Positions 15,192-27,552 of a DNA stretch of 64,000 nucleotides are shown here, piece after piece (the first letter of the stretch is position 1; the number at the start of each line of letters is the position of its first letter). Origin of the DNA: Eledone cirrhosa (taxonomy: Eukaryota). Both the position numbers and the translations under genes were made by a program. Location: contig OZ024742.1 in assembly GCA_964016885.1 (NCBI GenBank), positions 293,198,001 through 293,262,000 of the forward strand, given 5' to 3'. Below the pieces are notes generated by a model. The model saw only the letters and a list, made by a program, of their open reading frames with translations. It made no database searches and was not told the origin of the DNA.

Positions 15192-15779
15192 TCATCATCA
15201 TCGTTTAACGTCCATCTTCCACGCTTGCATGGGTTTGGACAGGAGTTTTCCCATTTGAGACAAGAGTGGTTGTCTTGCTGGCATAGGACTGTCTGGCGGG
15301 TTTTCTACGGCTGGATGCCCTTCCTAACACCAACCACGTTTACAGTGTGGACTGGGAGGTTTTTACCGTGTTACCTACACGGCCACATTACAGCATGGAC
15401 TGTGTGTTTTTTTTGTCGTGACACCTTCACGACCTCATTTGTTTCGGACTGGATGTTGTGGTACCAACATAACTTTACATTGAAAGGGGTGGTGTAGATG
15501 GGGTGGGGGTAGTGGGACGGAGGTGTATTTTTGTTAGAGGTGCCTACTGACTAGTAGGTTTCACTTTGTACTTGGGTAAGGCGGGTCTTCTGTATTACTG
15601 TGTAGCGCCAAAGATCTCGGTGCAGTGACATTGTCTTGGAGAGGTGTAAGTGTGTGAGGTCGGAATTTATCAAGTCGTCCCAGGTTTTGCTGGGTCTGCC
15701 TACTCCGTGGCTACCGTCTATTTTTATTGCCCTGCACTTTCTTATACAGCTGTCGTCTTTCATGCGCATCACGTGACCA
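15192..15779 (-). mobile_element. RTE subfamily A, 5'-truncated copy
   Basis: (CAT)n tail, 3' UTR and ORF C-terminus 15551..15772. Confidence 0.9.
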
Positions 15780-16122
15780 TCATCATCATCAACGTTTAAC
15801 GTCCGTGTTCCACGCTTGCATGGGTTTGGACGGGGGTTTTCCCACTTGAGGCAAGAGTGGTTGTCTTGCTCGCATAGGACTGTCTGGCGGGTTTTCTACG
15901 GCTGGATGCCTTTCCTAACACCAACCACGTTTACAGTGTGGACTGGGAGGTTTTTACCGCGTTACCTACATGGTGGACTGTGTGTTTTTTTGTCGTGACA
16001 CCTACACGACCTCATTTGTTTCGGCCTGGATGTTGTGGTGCCAACAACTTTACATTGAAAGGGGTGGTGTAGATGGGGTGGGGGTAGTGGGACGGGGGGG
16101 TGTATTTTTGTTAGAGGTGCCT
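15780..16122 (-). mobile_element. RTE subfamily A 3' UTR copy, in tandem with the previous copy
   Basis: Second (CAT)n tail plus 3' UTR with a small internal deletion. Confidence 0.88.
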
Positions 16123-16140
16123 ATATATGTATATATATAT

Positions 16141-16331
16141 CATCATCATCATTTCATTTTACGTCCACTTTTCCCTGCTTGCAAGGGTGGGACGGGAACT
16201 GATTCTGGCTTGATTTCTACAGCTGGATGCCCTTCCTAACACCAACCTCATTTACAGTGAGGTTTGAGAATTGAACTCACAACCTTTCGATTGCAAGGCC
16301 AATGCTCTAACCACTAAGCCATGTGCCTCCA
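16141..16331 (-). mobile_element. SINE group 2, internally deleted (tRNA head fused to RTE tail)
   Basis: Reverse complement of the head GGAGGCACATGGCTTAGTGGTTAGAG...GAGTTCAATTCTC joined directly to the RTE-type tail; the CORE-like part is missing. Confidence 0.75.
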
Positions 16332-16361
16332 TATATATATATGTATATGTATGTATATATA

Positions 16362-16861
16362 TCATCATCATCATCATCACCGTTTTATGTCCGTTCTTCC
16401 ACGCTAGCATGGGTTAGACGGGTTGTCCTGTTGTGGGCAGTGTCTGGTCGGCTGACCATGCCTTGCTCATACAGGAATTGATTTGGCTTGATTTCTACAG
16501 CTGGATGCCCTTCCTAACACCAACCTCATTTACAGTGAGTGCTGGGTGCTTTTTCGTGGCGCCTACACGTCCACTTTACAGTGTGGGCTGGGTGCTTTTT
16601 TGCCGTGGCACCTCCACGACCACCTTGCGGTGGGGGGTGTGGGGGCATATTGTCTATATGCTTCAGCTTGTACCCGTGGGAGGTCGGGTACTCTGTATTA
16701 CTGCGTGACGCCAGAAGTCACGGTCTTGTGTCATTGCCTTTGAGAGGTGTAATTTGGTAAGGTCGGCTTTTATCACCTCATCCCAGGTCATCTTGGGTCT
16801 CCCCACTCCGCGGTTTCCATCAACTTCTAGTGCTCTGCACTTTTTTATGCAGCTGTCATCC

Positions 16862-16866
<5 letters not shown>
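16362..16866 (-). mobile_element. RTE subfamily B, 5'-truncated copy
   Basis: Near-identical to 6241-6750; ORF 16663..16866. Confidence 0.9.
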
Positions 16867-16906
<40 letters not shown>

Positions 16907-17061
16907 GTATATACATATATATGTATATATATATGTATATGTTTATATATATATATGTATATATATGTATATACATATATATGTTTATATATATATATGT
17001 ATATACATATATATGTATATGTATATGTTTATATATGTATATATGTATATGTATATATATG

Positions 17062-18209
17062 TCATCATCATCATCATCATCATCATTTTACGTCCGCTTT
17101 TCCCTGCCTACAAGGGTGGGATGGGTCTTATTCAGCACAGCATCTCTCCACTCGTCGCGGTCCCTCATCATCTCCACCGTGAGCTTCAATGATCTGAGGT
17201 CTGTTCTCACCACCTCCGCCCATGTTTTTCGTGGTCTACCTCTACCACGTCTTCCTTCAACTGGCATTTCCTGGCACTTCTTCACCCATCGGTCATCCTC
17301 CATGCGCATCACATGTCCATACCACCTCAGTCTCCTCTCCCGTACACTACATTCTATCCCTCTCAGACACAGTTTCTCTCTCAACACATTTATGCTGGGT
17401 CGTTCACGCACATTTACACTGCACATCCAACGGAGCATGCTTGCCTCATTTCTCTCCAGCCGTCGCATATCTTCTGCGGTTGCTGCCCATGTCTCACTAC
17501 CATACAGCATCGCACTCCTCACACAGGCATCATACAACCGGCCTTTCGTACGCAGGGAGAAACCCTTCTTCGTCAACAGAGGAAGCAGCTCCCTGTCTGT
17601 TTCGTTCCTTGTATCTCTACCTTTTAGCAGTCTCCTCTCTGTTACCCTCTCCTCAACTTTCACTCACTCATTCTCTGTCACTACCTCTCCTCCTCCTCTT
17701 TCCTCCTCCTCCTTCAAGTTTGACCTGTGTGTAATTCTTTTCTCGCGCAGTCTTGACCGAGCTGGTAATAATTTTTTTTCTCTCTCTCTTTCGTCTGCGA
17801 CTTCACAAAACTTGCGTTTACCGAATTCGTAGACCAGTTTTCGTTCTCTCTCTCTCTCTCTCTCCTTTTTCCCCCCTGTTGAACTTGGGCGAAATTCCTT
17901 CCTTGCTCACATTTCTACCAGGTTCGATGGTCTTTCGTCTCTTGTTCACGATTTCACAGAGTTTATATTCATAGAGATCTGGGACTTGTCTATTTTCTAC
18001 TCACTTTCCGTTGCTATAACCCTTTTGTTGTTACTCTAATGTCCCCCCTTATTTACGTGTCCCAACGACTTTTTTTAGCCGTTGTTCGCACCAACCTGAG
18101 GCATATGGCCCTTAAAGCGATGAAATGCCGAGGACGGTTGGAGGGTCACTGATGAGGACTCACTTTTTCATATGTATCCCATTTGCAACGCCGCAGCTCC
18201 ATTATCACC
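17062..18209 (-). mobile_element. RTE subfamily C 3' part (17062-17593) fused to a purine-rich putative 5' region; possible internally deleted non-autonomous element
   Basis: ORF reads RELLPLL...LYGSETW...RRLRWYGH...DRDEWR with a very short 3' UTR and (ATG)n tail. The whole block is bounded by (TA)n. Confidence 0.7.
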
Positions 18210-18744
18210 ATATATATATATATATGTATATGTATATATGTATATATATATATATATATATGTATATGTATTTATATATGGTAGCTGCCAACTCGTTTTC
18301 GAGTACGGCCACTACTTTATATCCATGTAGGAGAACCCCTATTGATGCGCTAAACGAGTGTGACTTTTTAGTCCAGCCAGCGACTTGAAAATTCTGGTAC
18401 AAACACTACACTTGTGACAATTATTGACACATAGTGCTAGGCCCATGGTACCATGTGACAAGTGCAGAGAGATCTCCAGATATAAAGCAATGCCTGTGCC
18501 GTGAAGCTTTTATAGTGAGCAAAGGCACTGCACAAAGCCAGTCCCACTCTGTTAACCAAGATGATATTTACCAAAAAGAAGAACAAGTCAACATCATTGG
18601 ATACCATCAGGGTTGCAGGTGTTATATCAGAGTTTTCCTTCTCCTAGAATTCTGCCTTGACAAAGGCTAAGGGGTCATCTCTCCCGGTGATTTTGGATGG
18701 CCATTGACTCTTATATGTATATATATATATATATATATGTATAT

Positions 18745-19216
18745 GTCTCCTGTGTGTCACTTTTGAGCTGACTTTTGGGATGCTCCCATACAGCTCTGAG
18801 TTTTACATCCTCAGTGTATTCTGATTAAAGTTCAGAGCCATCCTCAGCATTCTCGTGTAGCACCCGTCCACCATCTGAGTGAGTTTCTTGGTCAGTGTCC
18901 AAGTCTCAGACCCATACAGCAGTACAGACTCCACTACAGCAATGAAGAGGCGGACTCAAAAGTGACACAGAGGAGACTGAGGTTAGCTGGACACGCTCAC
19001 CGACATCCAGTGTTGACATTGCACTCAGTGCTCCTTTGGGAGCCGCTACATGGACACACTAGAAGAGGAAGATCAAGGTTAACGTATGTTGATGCCCTAA
19101 GGACAGACACTGGTCTGTTGGAGACGCAGGACATGGCAGCAATAATGAGGGACAGAGACCGCTGGAGAGAACTCGTCCATGGATCTCGGGAATTTTACCC
19201 GTCTTAGATAGATAGA
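18745..19216 (+). mobile_element. Divergent RTE-like LINE 3' end with an inverted 5' segment
   Basis: 18745-18954 on minus reads RLFIAVVESVLLYGSETWTLTK...DGCYTRMLR; 18955-19207 on plus reads RRLRLAGHAHRH...DRDRWR; (TAGA)n tail. Confidence 0.85.
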
Positions 19217-19357
19217 TATATATATGTATATATATATGTGTATATATATGTATATATATGTGTATATATATATATATATGTGTATATATATGTGTATATA
19301 TATGTATATATATATATATATACATATATACATACATATATATATATACATATATAT

Positions 19358-20139
19358 AATACATTAAAATATATGATAAACACGAAACGTGTTTACATTG
19401 CAACAGACAAAGTTAGCTATTAATGAAATAAACTAATTAAAGTGAATACAATTTGTCTGTCTCGATATAAGTCAATAAAGACAAGCTTATATTGGCAACG
19501 GCCATGATTCCTGGACAGATTTAAATTTCAAGGAGCTTAATTCTTGTAAACGACAGAGTTTATTCTCAAAATATAATATTGTATATTGCTCCTTTTCTGT
19601 AGAGCTGATCTTGAATCCCGCATTAGCGGCTGTTATTTCTAGCACCGTGAATGCGAGACGGCTAGTTTGGCCTGGCGACACACGTGTAGTCAGACCTGCA
19701 AAATTTTTTGATGTGAGATGTACTAATTTTACTGGATTCCTGTTGATAAGCACAGAAGATATGGATATTTCACTTTTTATATCTATTCCATTTCGATTCT
19801 CTTTATTTTTCAATTCACATACCACCGTTGCGAAACGGATTTAGGTTTCGAGGTTCAAATTCGTCTACAGAACAGGTTTGCATTTTGAAATTTAAATCTG
19901 TCCAGGAATCATGGCCGTTGCCAATATAAGCTTGTCTTTATTGACTTATATCGAGACAGACAATTTGTATTCACTTTAATTAGTTTATTTCATTAATAGC
20001 TAACTTTGTCTGTTGCAATGTAAACACGTTTCATGTTTATCATATATTTTAATGTATTTAACTGCTCGGAAAAGCCCCTTTTCCTGGAGCTTAATTATTG
20101 TAAACGACTGAGAGTTTATTCTCAAAATATAATATAGTA
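19358..20139. mobile_element. Non-coding element with 174-bp inverted repeats and ~52-bp direct repeats (PLE-like architecture)
   Basis: A' 19358-19531 and A 19885-20058 are inverted (2 mismatches); B 19532-19583 and B 20086-20139 are direct; inserted in (TA)n. Confidence 0.6.
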
Positions 20140-20253
20140 CATATATATATACATATATATATATACATATATATATACATATATATATACATATATATAC
20201 ATATATATATACATATATATACATATATATATACACATATATATACATATATA

Positions 20254-20284
<31 letters not shown>

Positions 20285-20624
20285 ATATATGTATATATAT
20301 ATGTATATATATATGTATATATGTGTATATATATGTGTATATATATATATATATACCCTATATATATGTATGTTTGTGTGTATATAAATTCATTTAATGG
20401 CTAAGTAGTGAGCCTTCTTGATACTCTAATGTAACAAAGCTCATTAAATGAATATTTAAACTCTACTTCAGTTGTTATAGTTTTCTGCTTTTGGATTCCC
20501 ACATTACAAATTCCAAATCATCCAAGTGCTTTGATAATTAATGATTTATATACATTTATAGTTTATAGTGTCTCTCTTTCTCTCTCTTAAAAAATATATA
20601 TATATTATATCTATATATATACAT

Positions 20625-20970
20625 GGAGGCATGTGGCTTAGTGGTTAGAGCATTGGCTTTGCAATCGAAAGGTTGTGAGTTCAATTCTCAGACCGGGTGA
20701 TGTGTTGTTTCCTTGAGCAAGACACTTTATTTCACATTGCTCCAGTTTCCTCAGCTGTAGAAATGAGATGATAGGGACTGGGGTCCCTATCATTCCACTG
20801 TAAAGTGGTCGTGGAGGTGCCATGGCAAAAAAGCACCCAGCACTCACTGTAAATGAGGTTGGTGTTAGGAAGGGCATCCAGCTGTAGAAATCAAGCCAGA
20901 ATCAGTTCCCGTTCCACCCTTGCAAGCAGGGAAAAGCGAACGTAAAATGAAATGATGAAAAATGAAATGA

Positions 20971-20973
<3 letters not shown>
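20625..20973 (+). mobile_element. SINE group 2 (tRNA head, CORE-like domain, RTE-derived tail), full length
   Basis: A box TGGCTTAGTGG, B box GAGTTCAATTC, CORE-like GTGTTGTTTCCTTGAGCAAGACACTTTATTTCACATTGCTCCAG, RTE 3' UTR and (AATGA)/(ATG) tail. Confidence 0.85.
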
Positions 20974-21011
<38 letters not shown>

Positions 21012-21013
<2 letters not shown>

Positions 21014-21233
21014 ATACCGCTGTTGGCCACAAAAGGTTTCTATCTAAAAATGAAAGGCAGATTGTATGATGCTTGTATACGAACAGCAATGCTACATGGC
21101 AGTGAGACATGGGCATTACGTGCAGAGGGCCTGTGTAGACTGGAAAGGAACAAAGCATGCATGCTCCGTTGGATGTGTAATAGTAACATACGTGAACGGC
21201 AAAGCATAAATGAACTGAGAAATTAGGAATAAG

Positions 21234-21239
<6 letters not shown>
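21012..21239 (+). mobile_element. RTE internal fragment
   Basis: [27 protein letters not shown]; bounded by (TA)n on both sides. Confidence 0.88.
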
Positions 21240-21272
<33 letters not shown>

Positions 21273-21309
21273 TATACACACACACACGCATACCATATAT
21301 GTATATCTG

Positions 21310-23345
21310 TCCTGCGATTCTTTCATGAGGCATTCTAACAACATGCTTGTAGTATCAGAGCTGTGATCTCTTGATTCGGAGTAGTGGCTGGCTCTTCCTT
21401 GACCGAATCCCTAATCTCCGAGCTGTGCACCCTACCGAATGTTATTCCAAAGGAACCTTCAGAAGAATCACATTTCCGCTGCTTGTATTCGCAAACTTTC
21501 AGTCATTACTCAAGATTCATGACTGAATTAAAGATAGTTTTTGCTTTTACATCCACCTCCTTTCTGATGACTATTTACTGAAGCAGGTGCATTACTGCAC
21601 CAGTTCTTACAATTCTTACACTTAATTCAGTCTCCAGCTTTCCACCACTCATGAAAACGACTCTGAGATACATGAACTTCTCCACATGCTTCAGTGGAAC
21701 TCCACTCACATGTAAAGTGCACTTTGCAGGCTTCCTTGAGAGGACAAGTGTCTCTCTTTATAACACTGATTTTCATTCCTTCTGAGCAGCACTTGACAGC
21801 AAACCTATCCTGTGCATGTCAAATATCACCGTCTGCTGATTCATACCATGTTGTCTGCAAATTCTAACCAACTGATCCTACACCTGCTAGTCTTGATACC
21901 ACTTTCAACCTGGCTATGCATGTCAATCTTGTTCATTAAGGTTTTGAACAAAAGAGGTGACAGTACAAACTCCTAGCAGAGTCCAACACCCACATTGAAT
22001 GGTTTTGTTAGAACTATTCATTTGAACAGAAATACTAAGGCTTTTGTATTAGGACTTTAAGGAAACAAGAAGCTGTCCGTCCATCCCAAACTTCTGCCAA
22101 ACCTTCCGCAACAGGTCATATGCCTTATTGAGGTCTACAAAACAAACATACACCTTTTGGCAATACTCCTACGATTTCTTGAAAACCTGCTGCAGAGTGA
22201 ATATTTGGCCGTTTTGTGCTGCGTCTGGGGTGAAGCACACTGTTCATCAGCTAGTCTCGACATGACAATATTCCTTCATTTCTTTGCCAGACACTTGCTT
22301 TAAACTTTACCAGGGTGGCTTAACAAGGAGATTCCCTTATAATTAAAGCAATCTCTCTTGTCTCCGTTTTTGAAAATTGGTATTATCACTCCCAATTACC
22401 ATTGCTTACGTGCCTTTCCAGAGATCCAGGCATACACAAGTCAGCTAGAGAATACCTTCTTTATTTAAGGTTTTAACATCTCAGGCTAAATTTCTTTCTC
22501 CCCAGAGGCTTTGCCACATTTGAGCACTGTAATTGCTCTTGTGATCTCACCTCTGTAAGGTTAGTCATTACCTTTAGATTCAACTTATGTACATCAGATG
22601 CTATTTTGCCTGGATTTAAGAGATCAGCAAAGTATTCTTTTCACCTCACAAAGATACACCTTTCTTCAGAGAGAAGAACCCCAGGCAACTTCCTGATAGT
22701 AAGTGTGGAGGGGAACTTCTTATTACAAAGTCAGAAGATGGCTTGCCAGAATACTTTATTTGCTGATCTAAAGTTGGATTCCAGCTCCACATTGGATGCC
22801 TCTACTATGTCTGCTCTGACTTTTCACACCTGCTTGTACCAGTGCAAGAAGGAAGACTCCTTTTTTGCTCAGATGATATTTTGTCTTGGTTGAACCAGAG
22901 AGTCCTCCTGGCACCACATTTAACAGCTAAAGCAGAAACTGCTTAGTCGAATAGTCTCCACTCTGTTTCAACAACCGTAGTTTGTTCTGGAAATTCTCTG
23001 AATTTGGATGCAATTTTTATCTGCATGCCTGATTCTGACTTTCTCATTAGTCAGCACTTCTCACTGCATCCTGCAGGTCGAGCTGGACCTGCCAGTTTTG
23101 TGGGTTTTCTTGGCTTCAGGTAGTCTCGGCTGCAAATAACCAGATGGTGATCAGTTGACACAAACATCCAGCACAGAATCAAAGAGATCAGAGACAATAA
23201 AAAAAATCATTTACTGACCTCTGTCTCTGATTTCCTTTATATCATGTATACTTATTGAGATCTTTGTGCTGGAAGAAGCTGTTCAAAAGCCCTTTACTAG
23301 AACAGAAGTCTAACAAGGTCTCTGCATTACAATGCGGAACACTTC
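21310..23345 (-). pseudogene. Old degraded RTE-clade (Expander/Rex3-like) LINE ORF, endonuclease C-terminus through RT
   Basis: Minus-strand remnants: NSFFQHK, STDHHLV, GVIIPIFKNGDKRDCFNYKGISLLSHPGKV, VCFVDLNKAYD, VGVGL...VLSPLLF, FADN; many stops and frameshifts. Confidence 0.8.
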
Positions 23346-23980
23346 CTGCTTTTGATCCTCATGTCGCAGAACTTTGGTAAACTTGCTTACAGCTTCTTTG
23401 CATGTTATGTAAACTTCTTGTTTAGCTTCTCTTTTAGCATTATTTGAGACCCGAGAGTACATTACTAAGTGAACAATTGATAGTTTCACTTGATGTTATA
23501 TGTAGCAAGGTAATTTCTATGACGGAACTCTCAGAAACTTGTATTTTCTTCATTCCCAATGCTATGGGTATGTCATCCTCATGGAAAAAAATTGAAATTT
23601 ACTGCTCACACTTATGTAAGTTTAGCTGGTCTAGCTACATGAAATGAATATATATATAATTATTCTAAGATTTTAAACCAATTAGAATGATATTTAATAT
23701 ATAATTTTTTTTTATTATTATCAGTATGATTACCATTTTACGGTGCTAAAAGAAAAAAAAAATCCCAGCTGATACAAAAAAAAGAACAAAACTAAAAAAA
23801 AGCTCTAAAGACGTTTGCTTCATAAGTTACTTAACCTAGTTTCTTCACAAATTTTGTACATGACAATAATTTAAACTAGGCTAATTACATTTATCTTGTG
23901 TCTTGTGTCAGAAACTAGAATGAAGAAATATAATTAATGGTTTACATAAATCAAAGTCTGGGAGACATTATTACATCAAA

Positions 23981-24172
23981 GGGCAGTGGATTGGCAGTAT
24001 TGGTAGAGCGTCAGACACCATGCTTTGCAGCATAGGGTTATGGCCCTTTACATTCTGAGTTCAAATCCCGCCGAGTTTAACTTTGCCTTTCATCCTTCCT
24101 GGGTCGATAAAATATAGCACCAGTAATGAACTGGGGTAATTGCTGGCCTTGTCTCAAAAGTAGAAACAATTA
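23981..24172 (+). mobile_element. SINE group 1, full length, 13-bp TSD
   Basis: A box TGGCAGTATTGG and B box GAGTTCAAATCC; TSD ATTATTACATCAA (23967-23979) and ATTATAACATCAA (24169-24181). Confidence 0.88.
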
Positions 24173-24514
24173 TAACATCAATAGAATTCTAGGAATTCTA
24201 TTTGAAAGGGTTTTGTTCAGTTTGATCTAATGATAGTTATAAAAGTCTACCTAAAGAAGCTATGTACTCTCATGTCCCAAATAATAGATGGAGATTGGAA
24301 TAAGTGGGTTTGGAATTGATAATTTTTCTAGGTTGTCTCTGTTGATTTAAAAAAAAAAAAACAAATAGAAATAGTCATATAGTTTATATATTGAGACCCC
24401 AACCCATCCTATTTATTTTATAATGTATGGGATTTCTAGTAATGTACTTTTTATCATGTATGTTTTTTATTGTGTAACGAAAATTGTCACAGGAATGCTA
24501 CCACTTAAAATAAA

Positions 24515-24645
24515 ATAACCCTGCTATTGACTGGCATTCTGTCTAGCAGGGAGTCTTGTACTCTCAGTTGCTTCACACCACAGAAACCTGGATAAGAACC
24601 ATTCTGATGAACCTCTGAGCTCGAGACGGACTTTAACTTTTAACT
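24515..24645 (+). mobile_element. SINE group 2 non-RTE tail fragment
   Basis: Matches the 3' half of the copies at 50483 and 32230. Confidence 0.65.
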
Positions 24646-27552
24646 TAATATTTATCTAAAAACTTTCCATTATAATTTTATGTAAGAATTTTTATATTCC
24701 AAACACTAACTTGATAATAAGAAATTTAGTTATATGATGAACTCCTTTCAAATTCTTGATTGTTTTCAAAATTATTTGAAAATCATATTAGAAACAAAAT
24801 GATGAAAGAGCTGAATTCATTTTCCTATGGATATCAGGCTATTGAAAGGTTGGTCTACTTCAGCTGATTTTATTTACTAGCAACAAACTCAGTTCCTTCT
24901 TTCTATATTGAAATATATATGTAACTGAATTTTCAGTTAAATAAGTGACAGCATTAAATGAAAATTCACTTATTTAATGAGATGGTTGATGCTGCTCTGT
25001 TGCTATTACATTGCAAATTTCTAAGTTCAATGACAGACAGTTTTAAGTGTAGATCAGGTTCTAAAAAGTATCTAAAATATTAAACTATTCTTGTAGATTT
25101 TGGAAATGTTTTTGAAATTTTAAAAGTATATTTTTGTCAGCCTAAATAATCATTATAGGTACAGAGTTGGCTGTGTGGGTAAGGAATTCTCTTTGTAATC
25201 ACATGCTTTCATGTTCAGTTCCACTGTGTTGTGTCTTGGGTTCTCTACTATAGCCTCTGGTTAACCAATGCCTTGTGAGTGAAAGTTTGTTGATGGAATG
25301 TGTGAAAAATAAAAAATGATTTGAATATTTCCATTACATTTCTAGTTTTGAGAAGCTATATTAATTCTAGTAAATGCAATTGTTTATCTATAGTTTTCCA
25401 AGAAATAACTATTGAGTCTATAATCTCCATAAGTTGTGAAGTGGTCAGATAAGGTTGATATATTTGACAGTTTTTAAGACCTACAATAAATAATTCCAAA
25501 CTGTGTCACAATTTAGTATGTAGCTGATGTTTTCTAGAAATGAAGTAAAATCTAATTTGTTAATTTTTATGAATATTTTACCTATGAGATGTATTTGAAG
25601 ATCTAACAACTCTGTACAATTTGGCACATAACTGATGGCACATATATTTATTTGTGTATTTACCATATTTGCATATAAATCACACTCGATATTTTGGTTG
25701 AAAATGTTGGTACAAAACTTTTATAATAAAAAATCTATACAAGGTTTCTGTATATCACATGTCTGATTTTTGTTATGGAAATTTTGTATAAAAAGTGCAA
25801 CTTAGTAATATTTAATTGTTTATCTATAAATCTGCCCCCCCCCCCCCCCCCATGTTATTCTTAAAAAGTGTGTCAGTCACTGCTGTGAAAAGTTTGGGAA
25901 GCTGTGACCTAAAGGTTAATAATAGTTGAGTATATCTAGTTCCAGAGTAATGTAATTCTAAGGAGGTAGAAATACATTAATTGGTGTGGGGCCTTTGTAA
26001 TGGAAATGTTGCAGAGATCATGACATTTAAAGTGATGCGGGTGAAACAAAGCATTTCGGCTGGTGTTAAGTTCAGAAGGGTAGAGGTCACTGTACTAATG
26101 ATAAATGAAGAGATGATACAGTATTTTGGGAAACAGTGTATTTATGAGTGAACTTTTTTGACTTATTAGTTGAGTAGCTTTCTCCTTAATTATGACTCCT
26201 TCAAATATATCAGTACCCGATATTAAGGTGGATTTAGGTTTTGTATAATTAGAGGTTTCTTTAGGTCAGAGGTTTTCAAATTGTGTTGCTGATAATCTCT
26301 GGGTGTGTCATGAAATGAATTCATATCTGATCAAATTGTACAAAGTTATTTTGCTGTGAAGTATATTTGAGATCTGACAACTCTGTACAATTTCATGTAT
26401 TACATGGAATTATTTCTTTTAAAATACATTTGTATCACCATTAGTTTTTTCACATTCACTTTCCCATGCTTACATAGGTACCAGGAAATCTTCTGCAGCA
26501 GTAACTGGTCAGGGTTACCACAGTCACATGATGGGCTGTCCTGGCATGTTTTGTGCAGATCTGATTAAGGAACACCCATTCTTTTCTGGGAAGGTCAAAG
26601 CCAGCTGGTTTAGATGTGGGGTCCTCGACGAGATCTTGGTTGGAAAATTTGGACTTATTCCATGATCTTCACTACTCTTTCTTCAGATGAAAGTTATTTT
26701 GTCTTGAAGGCTCTTCATTGATTCCCAGAATAGTTTGTGTGATTTCAAGCGCATGTTGGGAAGGTTTTCCAGGTTTTCATGGATGGGCTTGGTAAGAAGT
26801 GCTGCTCGCAGATCATCCCCTGATGTTGCATGTGAGGAGGAGCTATATGAGAAAGGGTTGGCCACCACTAAGTAGGTGTAGATTTCAATGTGGCAGATAC
26901 TATTTTCATTGCCAAGTTGTGGGTGGTGTCAACTTGTTTTGTATGGTAGCTCCCTGTCCAGATCAGTGAACAGTACAGGTCTTGATTCACCTTTGCAAAG
27001 TACTGTTCACTAAGGTGAATCAAGACCTGTGGCTAAAAAAACAATCATCTAAGTGTATGGTAGTCATTGAATAAACAGCGTTAACTTATAAAAACAATGT
27101 CAAAAGTTAGAGCCATGAGACATCAAAGTTGATGGATTCAAATCTAGAAATTGCACCATTTAAACATTCTATTTTTGTTATCTTTGTTTTTCTATTCCTT
27201 CTTTTCAAATACACCTGGTCTTGTCTGTCTAACACCTTTCATCAAGTCAATGCTGTCATTCATGTGTTAGAAATATCAGCCAAATCTTCCTAAAGTCATA
27301 ACACTATTGTATTTAAAAAAATAAAATACTGGTATGTGACTGTGTGGTTTAGAAGTTCACTTCAGAACCATGTGATTTTGGTTTCAGTCCTATTGTATGT
27401 CACCTTGAGCAAGTCTCCTCTATTCTAACTTTGGTCTGACTAATGCCTTGTTAGTGAAATTGGTGGTAGATGGAAACTGTGAGAAAGCCCATAGTATATA
27501 TATATAAAAGAACCCTCCCACTTATCCCACCAGCCTTATAGTGTAGAGAGGG

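Noticed and set aside
18149-18170. CTGATGAGGACTC as a hammerhead or C/D box
   Set aside because: No downstream GAAA or stem I partner, and no convincing box pair with a terminal stem.
19487-19844. 112-aa and 77-aa ORFs inside the inverted-repeat element
   Set aside because: No recognisable motif; the minus-strand ORF runs across repeat junctions; both are likely chance ORFs.
20625-20700. tRNA gene calls at SINE heads (also 44740, 50483, 60518, 62243)
   Set aside because: A and B boxes are present but there is no proper cloverleaf or acceptor stem, and each head continues into a SINE body.
24600-24640. CTGATGA...GAGAC as a hammerhead
   Set aside because: It is part of the SINE group 2 tail; other copies read CTGGTGAG, so the core is not conserved.
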